Assembly (NCBI GenBank): GCA_046351515.1
Contig: JAXLYJ010000005.1
Location: forward strand, 114,892 to 178,891
Reading direction: 5' to 3'
DNA from: Polyangiales bacterium
Lineage (GTDB): Bacteria; Myxococcota_A; Polyangia; Polyangiales; Ga0077539
Length of the DNA: 64,000 bases
The position numbers and the translations under genes are program-made. Numbering within the stretch: position 1 is the stretch's first letter; each line of letters opens with the position of its first letter. The notes below the pieces were generated by a model that was given only the letters and a program-made list of their open reading frames with translations, was not told the DNA's origin and searched no databases. Positions 53,371 to 63,367 of this stretch are shown in pieces.

Positions 53371-54582
53371 TCAACCCATCGCGTCCATCGAGGCGTCGTC
53401 GCTCGACGCGTCGCTCGAGGCGTCGGGCGAGGCGTCCGATCCGGACTCCGCGGTCCCATCCGCCGGGGCGCCCGCTTCGGGCGTCGGCTCGGGTCCCGGC
53501 TCGACCGTCGGCTCGGGTCCGGGCTCCACCGTGGGCTCGGGGCGCGATCCGGGGCGGCACACACCCACGGTCACGCGCTGCGTGCCCTGCACGCGCACCT
53601 GCGCTTCGCAGTACATCCCGCTCGGGCAGGTGTTCATCGCGGTCGGCGCGGGGTCGCACGACGCGGGGACGCAGATGCCGTTCTGCCACGTGAAGGGGCG
53701 GCCGTTGCCGCGGTTGAACGTGCGGCGGCAGGTGTAGCCCTCGTTCATGCGGCAGTCCGCGTCGCTGCGGCACTCGTGGTAGCAAGTGCCCGGATCGCGC
53801 TCGGCGATACCGACGTCGCCGTCGGGGAAGCAAATCGATCCCATCGGGCAATTTCCACGGGGAAACGTGGTCTCGGGCCAGAGCGTCGAGTTGTTCCACC
53901 CCGAGGGGAGCGTGCACGCTGACGTGCAGTACCCGTTGTTCCACCCCGTGTAGACGCCGCGGGTGTTCTGCGCGGGCACGCAGTCGCCCGAACGACAGTT
54001 GTTCGTCATGCCGGTCTGCATGCACGACTCGCCCACGTCCTGGCCCGTCGGCGGAAACGTCGCGCTCTGCGGCTGGCACTTGCCCGTCCACGGATTGCAT
54101 CGCGTCCCAAACTCACACGACGTGTCCGTGCACGACGGGCGGCACACGCGCAGCGCCATCTCCCGCGTGTCCGTGGGGTCGTACTGAAGGCACGTGAAGC
54201 CCGCGCGGCCGCAGTCGTAGCCGTTGAGGCACTCTCGCAAGCAAATTTGCTCGCCGTCCTGCGATCCACAGAACCCCGCCGTGCCCGTCGCCGCGCCCGC
54301 TTCGCAGTCCGACGTCGTCGTGCACGTGCGCGTACAGAACCCGCCGGACCATCCCGCGGTGCCCTCGCTCTTGCAGGTCATTCCTTCCTGGCAGTCATCG
54401 TTGTTGCGGCAGCGGCCGAACAGCGCCGAGTTGTACGGCGGCTCGGGCGTGTCCACGACCACGTCCGCGGTAGAGCCATCTCCGCTCGCGTCGGGCATCG
54501 GAGGAGGCGGAGTCGTGCACGCGACGGCGAACACTGAAATCGAGGCTGCGATCAGCCCCAGCTGCAAAGAAAACCGATTCAT
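53371..54582 (-). CDS. cysteine-rich secreted lipoprotein (about 40 Cys) with PEPT-repeat tail
   Basis: Signal/lipobox MNRFSLQLGLIAASISVFAVAC. Many CxxxC pairs. C-terminal PEPTVEPGPEPTVEPGPEPTPE repeats. Confidence 0.6.
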   Translation of the reverse strand: MNRFSLQLGLIAASISVFAVACTTPPPPMPDASGDGSTADVVVDTPEPPYNSALFGRCRNNDDCQEGMTCKSEGTAGWSGGFCTRTCTTTSDCEAGAATGTAGFCGSQDGEQICLRECLNGYDCGRAGFTCLQYDPTDTREMALRVCRPSCTDTSCEFGTRCNPWTGKCQPQSATFPPTGQDVGESCMQTGMTNNCRSGDCVPAQNTRGVYTGWNNGYCTSACTLPSGWNNSTLWPETTFPRGNCPMGSICFPDGDVGIAERDPGTCYHECRSDADCRMNEGYTCRRTFNRGNGRPFTWQNGICVPASCDPAPTAMNTCPSGMYCEAQVRVQGTQRVTVGVCRPGSRPEPTVEPGPEPTVEPGPEPTPEAGAPADGTAESGSDASPDASSDASSDDASMDAMG

Positions 54583-54757
54583 CGAACACCAGGCCTTGCT
54601 CAATGGACGTTGTCCATCGAGCGATACCCCGAGACCTCGTGCCACTGCAACGATGCTCGCCTCGATCCCGCATCCTTGCTCAGCCGCGCTGCGCGACGCC
54701 GCAAATCACAGGGGCTTTGAATGCGCGAGGGGGTCTGCTACGTCAGCAGTGCCCGTG

Positions 54758-55288
54758 ATGAAGACGCTCGCTCGCTCGCTCATGTTCGCCGCCGCGATCT
54801 CTCTGTCGTTCTCCACGCCTTCCGCGCAGGCCGCGGTCGGCGCGCGCGCCCCGGCGTTCGCGCTGCGTCCGCCGACGGGAGTGCGCGGAAGCCTGTTTCG
54901 TCTGTCCGATCACGCCAATCGTCGCCCCGTGGTCATCCTGTTTTGGGAGACGACCTGCGCGCCGTGCCTCCAAGAGATGGCCTTCTACGAGCAGCTCTAC
55001 CGCCGCTACCAAGGCCGACTGCAGGTCGTCGCCATCGCGATGGACAACGGGCAGAACATCGCCAACGCGCCCAACCGTGTGCGGACGCTCAACCTCACGT
55101 TTCCGGTGGTGTGGGACGAGAACTCGTCGGTGAAGAACCAGTTTCAGGTGCCCGCCAGCCCGCCGTTCAGCGTCTGGGTCGACCGCACTGGCACCATCGT
55201 GCGCGAGCGCCAGGGCTATTCGGTGAGCGAGAATCAAGTGATCGAGCAGCAGATCGCGCGGCTCGTCGCGGGCCAGCGCGTGCAGTGA
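54758..55288 (+). CDS. TlpA-family thiol:disulfide oxidoreductase (redoxin)
   Basis: Signal peptide. WETTCAPC CxxC motif. 176 aa. Confidence 0.8.
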   Translation: MKTLARSLMFAAAISLSFSTPSAQAAVGARAPAFALRPPTGVRGSLFRLSDHANRRPVVILFWETTCAPCLQEMAFYEQLYRRYQGRLQVVAIAMDNGQNIANAPNRVRTLNLTFPVVWDENSSVKNQFQVPASPPFSVWVDRTGTIVRERQGYSVSENQVIEQQIARLVAGQRVQ

Positions 55289-55352
55289 CCGAGCCTCGCT
55301 TGTAAGAAATTCGCGGCGCGAACGCGCTCTCTGCTACCCGCGAGAGCAGCCC

Positions 55353-56024
55353 ATGTTTCGTCGCCTCGTCGCACTCGCGCTCGCCTCGAGCCTCACCCTC
55401 GCTGGATGCGAGCTGTTCACCGCGCCGCGCACCGGACACGGCGCGGTGTTCTCCGTGCGAGGCACGATGACGAACACGACGTGCGGGGTGGGCGCGCCGT
55501 CGACCGCGGCGATGCTCTCGTTCAACGTCGAGGTTCGACTCGACCAGGCGCGGCTGCGATGGAGCGTGCCGACCGCAGGAATCACCGCGCAATCCACGCT
55601 CGACTCGTCGCGGCGCTTCACGCTCGTCGACGATCGAGTCATGCCCATCCGCGCCGCAAACTATCGTCTCGGACTCGGCGCGTGTTCGCTGCGTCGCTTC
55701 GACGTGCTCGAAGGGCGCGTGGGCGGAGCGTTTCCGCTGCTCGATCCCGTCGACGCCGCCGACGCCCACGCAGACGCAGAAGACCCGCTCGACGCGGCGA
55801 TGTTCGACGCCGCTTCGATCACGGACGCCTCGCTCGCGGACGCCGCGCCGTCTGGCCCTCCCGCGCTCGATTCGCTGCGCGAAACCGTGGGCTGGGCCGT
55901 CGTGCCCGGCGCGGATTGCCGGGACATGATCGGCGTCGGTCCAGGGCAGTTCGTCACGCTTCCGTGCGAACAGCGCTGGACCTTCGACGCGCAGTACGAG
56001 CCCACCCTGCGCGTCACGCGCTGA
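55353..56024 (+). CDS. hypothetical lipoprotein
   Basis: Lipobox LTLAGC after MFRRLVALALASS. 223 aa, no recognised domain. Confidence 0.5.
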   Translation: MFRRLVALALASSLTLAGCELFTAPRTGHGAVFSVRGTMTNTTCGVGAPSTAAMLSFNVEVRLDQARLRWSVPTAGITAQSTLDSSRRFTLVDDRVMPIRAANYRLGLGACSLRRFDVLEGRVGGAFPLLDPVDAADAHADAEDPLDAAMFDAASITDASLADAAPSGPPALDSLRETVGWAVVPGADCRDMIGVGPGQFVTLPCEQRWTFDAQYEPTLRVTR

Positions 56025-56030
56025 GCGCGA

Positions 56031-57962
56031 TCACTCTTCGTCGGTGCGCTTTTGCGCGAGGATGATGAGCATCATCGAGGCCGCGCCGAAGAACGCGCCC
56101 GGTGTTTTTTGGTGGCCGGACACTTCGATCACGCGAAACCCGGCGTTGTGCAGGATCTTGCCGAGCTCGTGCAGCGAGTACATGCGCATCGAGAACTTCT
56201 GCTCGCGCTGACGGCCATCTTCGAGCAACAGCGTGCGCTTGCCCTCGAGCCGCGAGGTGAACCAATTGAAATTGGTCTCCTCCATGCACACGCAGCCGTC
56301 CGCTTCGTACCAGGTCATCGCTGGGTGCTGCTGCGCCGCGCAGTCGCGGTTGATCACCTCGAGCAGCAGCGTCCCGCCGGGCTTGAGCGCGCGATGCAAG
56401 CGCTGGATCACGTCCGCGTTCTTGTCGTCGTCGAAGAACCCGAACGTCGATCCCACGCAGTACGCCGCGTCGAACAGCTCGGTGAACTCCATCTCGAGCA
56501 TGTCGCTCTGCAAGAAGTTCAGCTTTGCGCCGCGGTTCTGCGCGTTGTCCGACGCGCGCGAGAGCATCGCCAACGAAAGATCCAACCCGAGCACTTCGTA
56601 CCCGCGCGTCGCGAGCTCGACCGCCTGGCGACCGATGCCGCAGCCGACGTCGAGCACCGAGGCGCCCTTCTCGACGCCGAGCGAGGCCTCGATGAAGTTT
56701 CCCTCGGACGTGACTTGCTCGGACGTGTAGCGCCGCTGCGTGCGCAGGTAGTCGTCGTTGAAGATCTCCTCCCACCAGTGTCGACGGCGCGGCTTGGACT
56801 CGGCCGTCACCACCGTGGGACGATCGTTGGGCTTGGGCGAGTCTGCCGCTTGCGCGGGCGTCGCGCGAGGCGGAGGCGGAGGACGGCTCGCGTCCGGCGC
56901 GCTCGTGCGAGGCGGAGGCGTCGGCGCCGCCGACGGACGCGCGGCGATCTCATCGGGAATCGAGATCTCTTCCGTTGGCTCTTCGACTTCGACTTCGCTG
57001 TCGGCGTCGGCGCTCGTCTCGACTTCAGCGTCAGCGACGGCCTCGACCGACGGAGCGTCGTCTTCGTCATCGTGCTCCGGCGCAGGTTCGGACTTCGCCT
57101 CGACGCTCTCGAGCGCTTCGGGCTCGGCTTCGCTCTTCGCGGGCGCCGCGGCGATCGGCGGCGGTGGCGGAAGCGAGCGCGGGCGCGCAACTTCGACGAC
57201 GACGGCGTTCGCATCGTCATCGTCCTCGGCCGAGTCGACTTCGACCTCTTCGGCCGACGCTTCGTGCACTTCGTCGATCGACGGCGGAGGCGTCGAGGGG
57301 ACGGGCAACGGAGCGAGCTTGGGCTTGGTCTCGAGCGGGATCGGCGGCTCGCTCGGCTTGTTCGCCGAGGACTTCTCGAGCGAGGCGACGATGGGGCTCG
57401 CCTCATCGACCTCGTCGACGACCGCGTCTTCGAGCTGGGACAGGTCCGGACCGTCGTCGGTGACGGCTTGGGGCATCGGCTCGTCGCTGCCGATCGAGCG
57501 AATCTTGCGGCGAACTTGCCGCACGACCGACGTGTTCTCGTCGCTGATCGCGATGAGCTTGTTCGCGCCGGACGGCCGTCGCTTCGGCTCGTCCGTGCTC
57601 GGCGCGGCAGGGGCCGCCTCGAGCGCGCCCGACTCGATCTCGTGATCGGCCACGGTGGGAGCGTGCTCGTTGTCCTTCACGGCCTCGACGTCCAGCGCCA
57701 CGACGGGCGCGATCGGCGCGGGCACGTCGCTGGCGGCGATGATCTGCGCGGCCTCGCTCGAAGCGCGCTCGACCTGCGTCACGCGATCGCCGAACTCGTC
57801 GATCTCGCGATCGTCCGCGATGGACACTCGCGCGACGTCGGGCGAGCTCGGGCGGGGCACCGGGTCGTTGGGCACACGAAGGCCGCGCGAGGCTTTTCGC
57901 TTTCGATTCACCGAAGCGAGGTCCGGCGAGCTGCGTCGGTCTGGGCCGCGTTCGTCGTCCAT
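56031..57962 (-). CDS. class I SAM-dependent methyltransferase with about 400 aa acidic/Pro-rich disordered N-terminal region
   Basis: C-terminal VLDVGCGIGRQAVELA motif I and post-I acidic residue. N-terminal low-complexity E/D/P/A-rich region. ATG 57962 overlaps the psd stop (TGATG). Confidence 0.65.
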   Translation of the reverse strand: MDDERGPDRRSSPDLASVNRKRKASRGLRVPNDPVPRPSSPDVARVSIADDREIDEFGDRVTQVERASSEAAQIIAASDVPAPIAPVVALDVEAVKDNEHAPTVADHEIESGALEAAPAAPSTDEPKRRPSGANKLIAISDENTSVVRQVRRKIRSIGSDEPMPQAVTDDGPDLSQLEDAVVDEVDEASPIVASLEKSSANKPSEPPIPLETKPKLAPLPVPSTPPPSIDEVHEASAEEVEVDSAEDDDDANAVVVEVARPRSLPPPPPIAAAPAKSEAEPEALESVEAKSEPAPEHDDEDDAPSVEAVADAEVETSADADSEVEVEEPTEEISIPDEIAARPSAAPTPPPRTSAPDASRPPPPPRATPAQAADSPKPNDRPTVVTAESKPRRRHWWEEIFNDDYLRTQRRYTSEQVTSEGNFIEASLGVEKGASVLDVGCGIGRQAVELATRGYEVLGLDLSLAMLSRASDNAQNRGAKLNFLQSDMLEMEFTELFDAAYCVGSTFGFFDDDKNADVIQRLHRALKPGGTLLLEVINRDCAAQQHPAMTWYEADGCVCMEETNFNWFTSRLEGKRTLLLEDGRQREQKFSMRMYSLHELGKILHNAGFRVIEVSGHQKTPGAFFGAASMMLIILAQKRTDEE

Positions 57963-58837
57963 CACGTGCTCCTGCGGCGAAGGATCGCTTCGCCCATTCG
58001 GACCGCTGTTCCCAAGCGTTCGGTCGACCACTCGTCGCGCTGAGCGTCCGGCGCGCGCTCGATGAGCATCACCACCGTCGAGCCGAGCGAAAACGAGCCG
58101 AGCTCGTCGCCTCGCGCGACGGACGGGTGCGCCACGTCGAACGCGCGCTCGGCGATCGGTCCTCCGATGGGAGGGCGATCCGGCGCGGGAATATACAGGT
58201 TGATTCTCCCCACGATCATCGCGCCCACGAACACGACGGCGACGCGGCCGAAGACCGGCGAGCGGCCGATCACCACGACGCGCTCGTTTCTCGCGAACAG
58301 TCCGGGCACGTGGCGCACGCCAAAATCATTGACCGGGTAGAGAACCCCCGGGACGTGGCGCACCAGGTCGATCTCGAGCGCTTCGGGCGCGTGCACGCGG
58401 TGATAGTCCCGCGGCGAGAGATAGACGATCGCGAACTGTCCGCCGCTGAAGGTCTGCGCGTCCGTCGCGCTCGCGAGCAACGACTCGGCCGAGTACTCGC
58501 GGCCCTTGATGAAGAACTTCGTGCGCTCGTCGATGGCGCCCGCGTCGTCGAGTCGGCCGTCGGCTGGCGAGACGAGCGCGCCCTCCGTCGTGTCGACGCT
58601 GCGCGCTCCGTCCCTCAATCGGCGCGTGAAGAACTCGTTGAACGATCGGTAGCCGCCGTCCGGCACCACAGCCTCGTCCATGTTGACCTTGTACGCTTTG
58701 GAGTAAGCGCCGAGGACCGGGTCGAGGATGGGCTTGGGGACGTGCGCTTCCGTTAGCTTTCCGATCGCGCGCGTGATGCGCTCTCGCGGAAGCAGGTGCA
58801 GCAGCCGGGCGGCGGTGCGTTCTGTGGGGCTCTGCAT
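57962..58837 (-). CDS. psd: phosphatidylserine decarboxylase proenzyme
   Basis: PSD family with LGSFSLGSTVV self-cleavage (GST) site near the C-terminus. 291 aa. Confidence 0.85.
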   Translation of the reverse strand: MQSPTERTAARLLHLLPRERITRAIGKLTEAHVPKPILDPVLGAYSKAYKVNMDEAVVPDGGYRSFNEFFTRRLRDGARSVDTTEGALVSPADGRLDDAGAIDERTKFFIKGREYSAESLLASATDAQTFSGGQFAIVYLSPRDYHRVHAPEALEIDLVRHVPGVLYPVNDFGVRHVPGLFARNERVVVIGRSPVFGRVAVVFVGAMIVGRINLYIPAPDRPPIGGPIAERAFDVAHPSVARGDELGSFSLGSTVVMLIERAPDAQRDEWSTERLGTAVRMGEAILRRRST

Positions 58838-59003
58838 GAGAATTGCGCGAAAAAACCGCGCCTTCGTGAGCGTAGATCGCGGCGAGAAACGGCGTCAACA
58901 CCGCATTCACGTCGCCGCGGCCCCGACGCGCGTTTCGTTCATTGTGCTTGCGTTCTTGCGGCGCGTTGCGCGGGCACAGTTGCCTACCAAGGACGACCCG
59001 CGC

Positions 59004-60113
59004 TCAGCGCGCGGCGGTGCGCACAAAGCCCGTCACGCGCTGGCCGGCGACGAGCCCGTCGCGCTCGTCGAGGGCCACGACCACCTCGAGCACTTTGGTG
59101 TCCACGCGCTCTGCGGGGTCGTCGGTGCGAACGTTGCGTCGCCCGAAGCGCCGAGCGACCTCGACGACGCGCCCGCGAAACCGCCGCTCGCCGAACGCTT
59201 CCGCGGACACGGCGGCCTCTGCACCCACGGTCACCGCCGCGAAATCTCGCTCGTCCACGTCGATGCGCGCCCGCATCGAGCGCGTGTCGCCCAAGACCAC
59301 CACCGGCTCACCGCTCGGCGTCGAGTACTCGCCGGCGCGGACCTTGAGCTGCAGCACCTCGCCGTCGCTCGGGGCTCGCACGATCAGCCGCTCGAGCTGC
59401 GCTGCCGCTTGCTCTTGCCGCGCTTGCGCCGCGCGCAGCCGCGCGAGGGCGAGGGCGATGTCCTCCGCGCGCGATCCGCGTACGGTCGCGTCCCGTCGCG
59501 CTTGGATCTGTCGCAACGAGGCCTCGTCGATCGAGGCTTGCGCGCGCGCGCGGTCGAGCTCGTCGCGCGTGGCGTTGCCTCCATCGCTGAGCGCGCGGGT
59601 CCGCTCGAGAAGCGCCGTCGAGAGCTCGGCGCGGCCGCGAGCGACCTCGACCTCCGCCTGGGCAGCCGCGCGATCTTCTCGGCGATTTCCGCGCTGGGTG
59701 CGGGTGAGCTCGGCGCGAGAGACGGCCACGTCCGCGCTCGCCGCGGACAGGGCCGCGTGCTCGACGGCGCTCTCGAGCTCGACGAGCACGTCGCCCGCAT
59801 GCACGAACTGCCCCTCGCGAACGGCGATGCGCGCGACGCGACCGGCGACGCCCACGGCGACGCGCACCTCGCGATCGGCGGGCTCGATGATGGCGTTGCC
59901 CGCGACCCACCCGGCGGCGACCGTGGCTGCGCGAACGTCTCGCTGGCCCGGTCGCGGGGCGAGCTCTTCGCGCGCGGCGCGGACGTCGGCGGCGCGAGGC
60001 CGGTTTCCGGCCGGCTGCTGCGCTGCGCGGACGACGGTGAAGGCGACGAGCGCGAACCCGGCGGCCGCGAGCGAAGATCGCCAGGGAAACTTGGGTTTCT
60101 CGATGTGAGTCAT
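59004..60113 (-). CDS. HlyD-family periplasmic adaptor (efflux membrane fusion protein)
   Basis: N-terminal TM anchor, coiled-coil region with Arg/Ala/Glu repeats, beta-barrel C-terminus. Start overlaps the upstream ATPase stop (ATGA). Confidence 0.8.
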   Translation of the reverse strand: MTHIEKPKFPWRSSLAAAGFALVAFTVVRAAQQPAGNRPRAADVRAAREELAPRPGQRDVRAATVAAGWVAGNAIIEPADREVRVAVGVAGRVARIAVREGQFVHAGDVLVELESAVEHAALSAASADVAVSRAELTRTQRGNRREDRAAAQAEVEVARGRAELSTALLERTRALSDGGNATRDELDRARAQASIDEASLRQIQARRDATVRGSRAEDIALALARLRAAQARQEQAAAQLERLIVRAPSDGEVLQLKVRAGEYSTPSGEPVVVLGDTRSMRARIDVDERDFAAVTVGAEAAVSAEAFGERRFRGRVVEVARRFGRRNVRTDDPAERVDTKVLEVVVALDERDGLVAGQRVTGFVRTAAR

Positions 60114-60823
60114 GGCTGTGTGCTCTGCGTTGAAGGAGCGTCGGTCGCCGCGCGAATGAGCCCGTCTTCGATGCGGACGATGCGATCGGCGAGGTGATAG
60201 ATGCGGTTGTCGTGGGTGACGACGACGACGGTGTGACCGCGCTCGGTCGCGAGTCGTCGAAGCAGCTCGGTCACGCTGAGCCCCGACTGCGCGTCGAGGC
60301 TCGCGGTGGGCTCGTCCGCGAGGATGAGCGGCGGACTGGCGGCGAGGGCCCTGGCGATCGCGACGCGCTGCCGCTGTCCGCCGGACAATTCGCTGGGCTT
60401 TCGATGGGCGCGGTCCGCGAGCCCCACCGCGTCGAGCAGCTCGAGCGCCTCGCGCTTCGCGTGGGTGTGCGCGCGGCCGCGAAGCTCGAGGAGCAGCTCG
60501 ACGTTCTCGAGCGCCGTGAGGCCAGCGACGAGGTTGTGGCCCTGAAAGATGAAGCCGATGTTCGAGAGTCGGAGCTCTGGGAGCTTGCGCCGCGACGTTC
60601 GCGTCACGTCCTGACCGAAGAGCGAGAGCGATCCGGCCGAGGGCTCGAGGACGCAGCCGATGATCGAGAGGAGCGTGGTTTTTCCGCTGCCGGAGGGGCC
60701 GACGAGCATGACGAACTCCCCGCGTTCGACGACGAAATCAACGCCTTTGAGCGCGGTGAACGCGAGCGTTCCGTCGCCGTAGGTCTTGCGGATCCCCCGC
60801 GCTTCAATCGCGAGCGTGGTCAT
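60110..60823 (-). CDS. ABC transporter ATP-binding protein (MacB/LolD-type)
   Basis: Walker A GPSGSGKT, signature LSGGQRQR, Walker B LILADEPT. 237 aa. Confidence 0.9.
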   Translation of the reverse strand: MTTLAIEARGIRKTYGDGTLAFTALKGVDFVVERGEFVMLVGPSGSGKTTLLSIIGCVLEPSAGSLSLFGQDVTRTSRRKLPELRLSNIGFIFQGHNLVAGLTALENVELLLELRGRAHTHAKREALELLDAVGLADRAHRKPSELSGGQRQRVAIARALAASPPLILADEPTASLDAQSGLSVTELLRRLATERGHTVVVVTHDNRIYHLADRIVRIEDGLIRAATDAPSTQSTQP

Positions 60824-62004
60824 CGAAACACCATCCCTGGTTCGACCTTTCGAACGCGGTTGAGGGCCAGCGACGAGGCGAGCACGCAGAGCACCACCAT
60901 CGCCACGAACGTCGAGACAAAGAGCGTCGGCGACAGGACCAACGCGAGGTTGGCCGAGCGAATCGCCGCGGCGATCCGCGTCACCGCTCCGAGCCCGAGC
61001 ACCGAGCCGATGAGCGCGAACAAGAGCGACTGCACGAGCAGGATGAGCGCGAGGTCCGCGTCCGACGCGCCGATGGCCTTGAGCGTCCCGAACTCGCGGA
61101 GGTTGTCGATCACCGCCGAGAACATCGTGAGCGCGACGATCACGAAGCCGACGAGCAGGCCGAAGAAGGTGCTCGTCCCGAAGGACACGCCGATGGACGT
61201 TTGCGTGAGAATATAGCGGCGAATCTTCTGCTCGAACTGCGTCGAGGTGAGCACCTGCGCCTCGGGGATGCGCCGCGCGAGCTCGCGCCGGACGACCTCG
61301 GGATCGCGCCCCGGCTCGACGCCGACGAGCACGAAGCTGCAGTGGCTTCGGTCGAGCCCGACGAGCTCGGCCGCCGTGTCGTACTCGGCAAACGCGTACG
61401 CGGGCCCGAAGGGGATCAGTCCCCACGTGAACCCCACCGCGCGCACGCTGCGACCGTTGACCTCGCGAAGCGAGCGGAGGTTGAGCGCGCCGTACTTCTT
61501 TCGCTCGGCGTTCTCGAAGAAGAACGCGCCGGGCTCAGAGAGAGAGCGAGGGTCGCCGGCGACGACGTTCCACGGGCCGCCCGCGAGGCGAGGAAGGCGC
61601 GCGCCGACGATGGTGATCGCCTCGGTCCCTCCGCCGGGGACCTTCATCGATCCGCCTCCGTACGCGAGGGGCTCGGCCCACGAGACTCCCTCGGTGACCG
61701 AAGCGCGGTGCAGCGTCGAGATCGACATCGGCGCGCTCGCTTGCAGCGTCGGAAGCGACGCAGGGACGATCCAAATGTCCGCCCGCGTGTTGGTCACGAG
61801 CATCGTGTTCTTGTCGATCAGCCCCATGAACGTCCCCGCCTGTTGGTTGGCGAGGAGCGTCGCGAAGATCACTCCGAAGAGCGTCCCCAAGCTCTTGAGC
61901 CGATCGTGCAACATCATGCGCACGGCGACCGCCGCCATCACTCGCACGCGCGTGACGAACGAGGCCTTCGTCGCGATCGGCTCTGCCAGGGCGCGCGCGG
62001 TCAC
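60820..62004 (-). CDS. ABC transporter permease (FtsX-like, MacB-type)
   Basis: GTG 62004 preceded by GGGAGG and overlapping the TolC stop (GTGA). N-terminal TM, large periplasmic domain, 3 C-terminal TM helices. Confidence 0.75.
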   Translation of the reverse strand: MTARALAEPIATKASFVTRVRVMAAVAVRMMLHDRLKSLGTLFGVIFATLLANQQAGTFMGLIDKNTMLVTNTRADIWIVPASLPTLQASAPMSISTLHRASVTEGVSWAEPLAYGGGSMKVPGGGTEAITIVGARLPRLAGGPWNVVAGDPRSLSEPGAFFFENAERKKYGALNLRSLREVNGRSVRAVGFTWGLIPFGPAYAFAEYDTAAELVGLDRSHCSFVLVGVEPGRDPEVVRRELARRIPEAQVLTSTQFEQKIRRYILTQTSIGVSFGTSTFFGLLVGFVIVALTMFSAVIDNLREFGTLKAIGASDADLALILLVQSLLFALIGSVLGLGAVTRIAAAIRSANLALVLSPTLFVSTFVAMVVLCVLASSLALNRVRKVEPGMVFR

Positions 62005-63290
62005 GGCGCACCTCCCGGCGTCGCGCGGCCCGCGGCGATCCGCAGCGCGACGCGCGCGTACGCGAGCTCTGCGTCCGCTTGGATCACCGAGCTTCTCGCG
62101 TCGAACTCGTCGCGTTGCGCGGTGAGCACTTCGAACTCCGTCGCGCCGCCTTGCGCGAGCCGCGCGAGTGCGCTCTGCGTGGCGATCGCGCTCGCGTCGA
62201 GCCGCGCCCTGGCGGCCGTGGCCCTCGCGATCCCCGAGTGCACTTGCCACCAGGCCGAGTGGATCTCGTCGCGCGCGCGCGCGATCGCTCGCTCGACGCG
62301 AACTCCGGCGATCGCGGTGCTCGTCGCGCTCGCTCGCGCGTTGGCGATCGAGGTCGCATCGAGCCTCCACGAGAGCGAGAAGCCCGCGGCGAGGTTCGCG
62401 GGCTGGCCGAAGCCCGCGGCGTTGGTCACGCGCTCGGTCGCCGTGGCGTTGATCGTCGGGCTGAGCGCCCACCACGCTGCGTTGCTCTGCGCGCGCGCGG
62501 CGCGCTCTTCAGCGAACGCCTGCTGCACGGCTGGCGTCTGCGAAGCGAGCGTTAGCCACTGGGCGAGGGGAGCTTCTTCATCGAGCGTCGCTTGGCCGAG
62601 CGCTGGCTGCGAAGGGCGCAGGCCCGAGAGGGTCTCGAGCGATCGCGCGGCGGTCTCTGCGCTCAGCTGCGCGTCGATGAGCGACTGCTCCGCGCGGGCG
62701 ATCTCGGCGCGCGCGCGATGGACGTCCAGGGCAACAGCGGCGCCCTGCGCTTGTCGCGCTCGCGCGCGGTCGAGCGAGCGCTGGGCGACGGTGAGGGCGG
62801 CGCGCGCCGAGTCGACGAGGGCGAGGGCGCCGGCCCATTGAAAGTAGCTGCGCGCAGCGGAGCGTTGCGCGTCGGTTAGCGAGACCGCGATTCTCGCGCG
62901 CGCGGCGTCAGTGCTCGAGCGCGCGGCGCGCACCCGCGCCCATCCGGCGGGGTCGACCAGCGGAACGTCGAGCGTCACCGACGCCTCGACCTGATCGTGC
63001 GGCGTGATGGTGATGGTGTTCGACGAGCTCGCGCCGGTGGGGAGCGTGAGCGAGACCTCGTGTTGATTTCGTGTGTATGCAGCGCGGGCCGAGAGCGAGG
63101 GCAGAAGCCTTCCGAGCGCCTGCCACTCGTCTTCGCGTCGCGACTGCGCGGACAGCTCGCTCTCGCGGACGTCGACCGCCGAGCTCGCGGCGGCTTCGAC
63201 GAACCGCTCGACGGGCTGAGCCCGGACCGTTGAAGCTCCGGCCAACACGGCGGCGAAGCAGAGGACGGGTATTATTGATGAAGTGCTCAC
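62001..63290 (-). CDS. TolC-family outer membrane efflux protein
   Basis: Signal peptide MSTSSIIPVLCFAAVLAGASTVRAQ. Two internal repeats of OEP-like helical/beta segments. 429 aa. Confidence 0.8.
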   Translation of the reverse strand: MSTSSIIPVLCFAAVLAGASTVRAQPVERFVEAAASSAVDVRESELSAQSRREDEWQALGRLLPSLSARAAYTRNQHEVSLTLPTGASSSNTITITPHDQVEASVTLDVPLVDPAGWARVRAARSSTDAARARIAVSLTDAQRSAARSYFQWAGALALVDSARAALTVAQRSLDRARARQAQGAAVALDVHRARAEIARAEQSLIDAQLSAETAARSLETLSGLRPSQPALGQATLDEEAPLAQWLTLASQTPAVQQAFAEERAARAQSNAAWWALSPTINATATERVTNAAGFGQPANLAAGFSLSWRLDATSIANARASATSTAIAGVRVERAIARARDEIHSAWWQVHSGIARATAARARLDASAIATQSALARLAQGGATEFEVLTAQRDEFDARSSVIQADAELAYARVALRIAAGRATPGGAP

Positions 63291-63367
63291 TCAATTATTC
63301 TCCGTGCAGAATGTCAGTCCGAGCCGGGCGGCGCTCAACGATCGCCGGTCCCTGCGGTCGGGGGGGA

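Noticed and set aside
58728-60197. Plus-strand 489 aa ORF
   Set aside because: Antisense to psd and the HlyD adaptor. Arg-rich, no domain signal.
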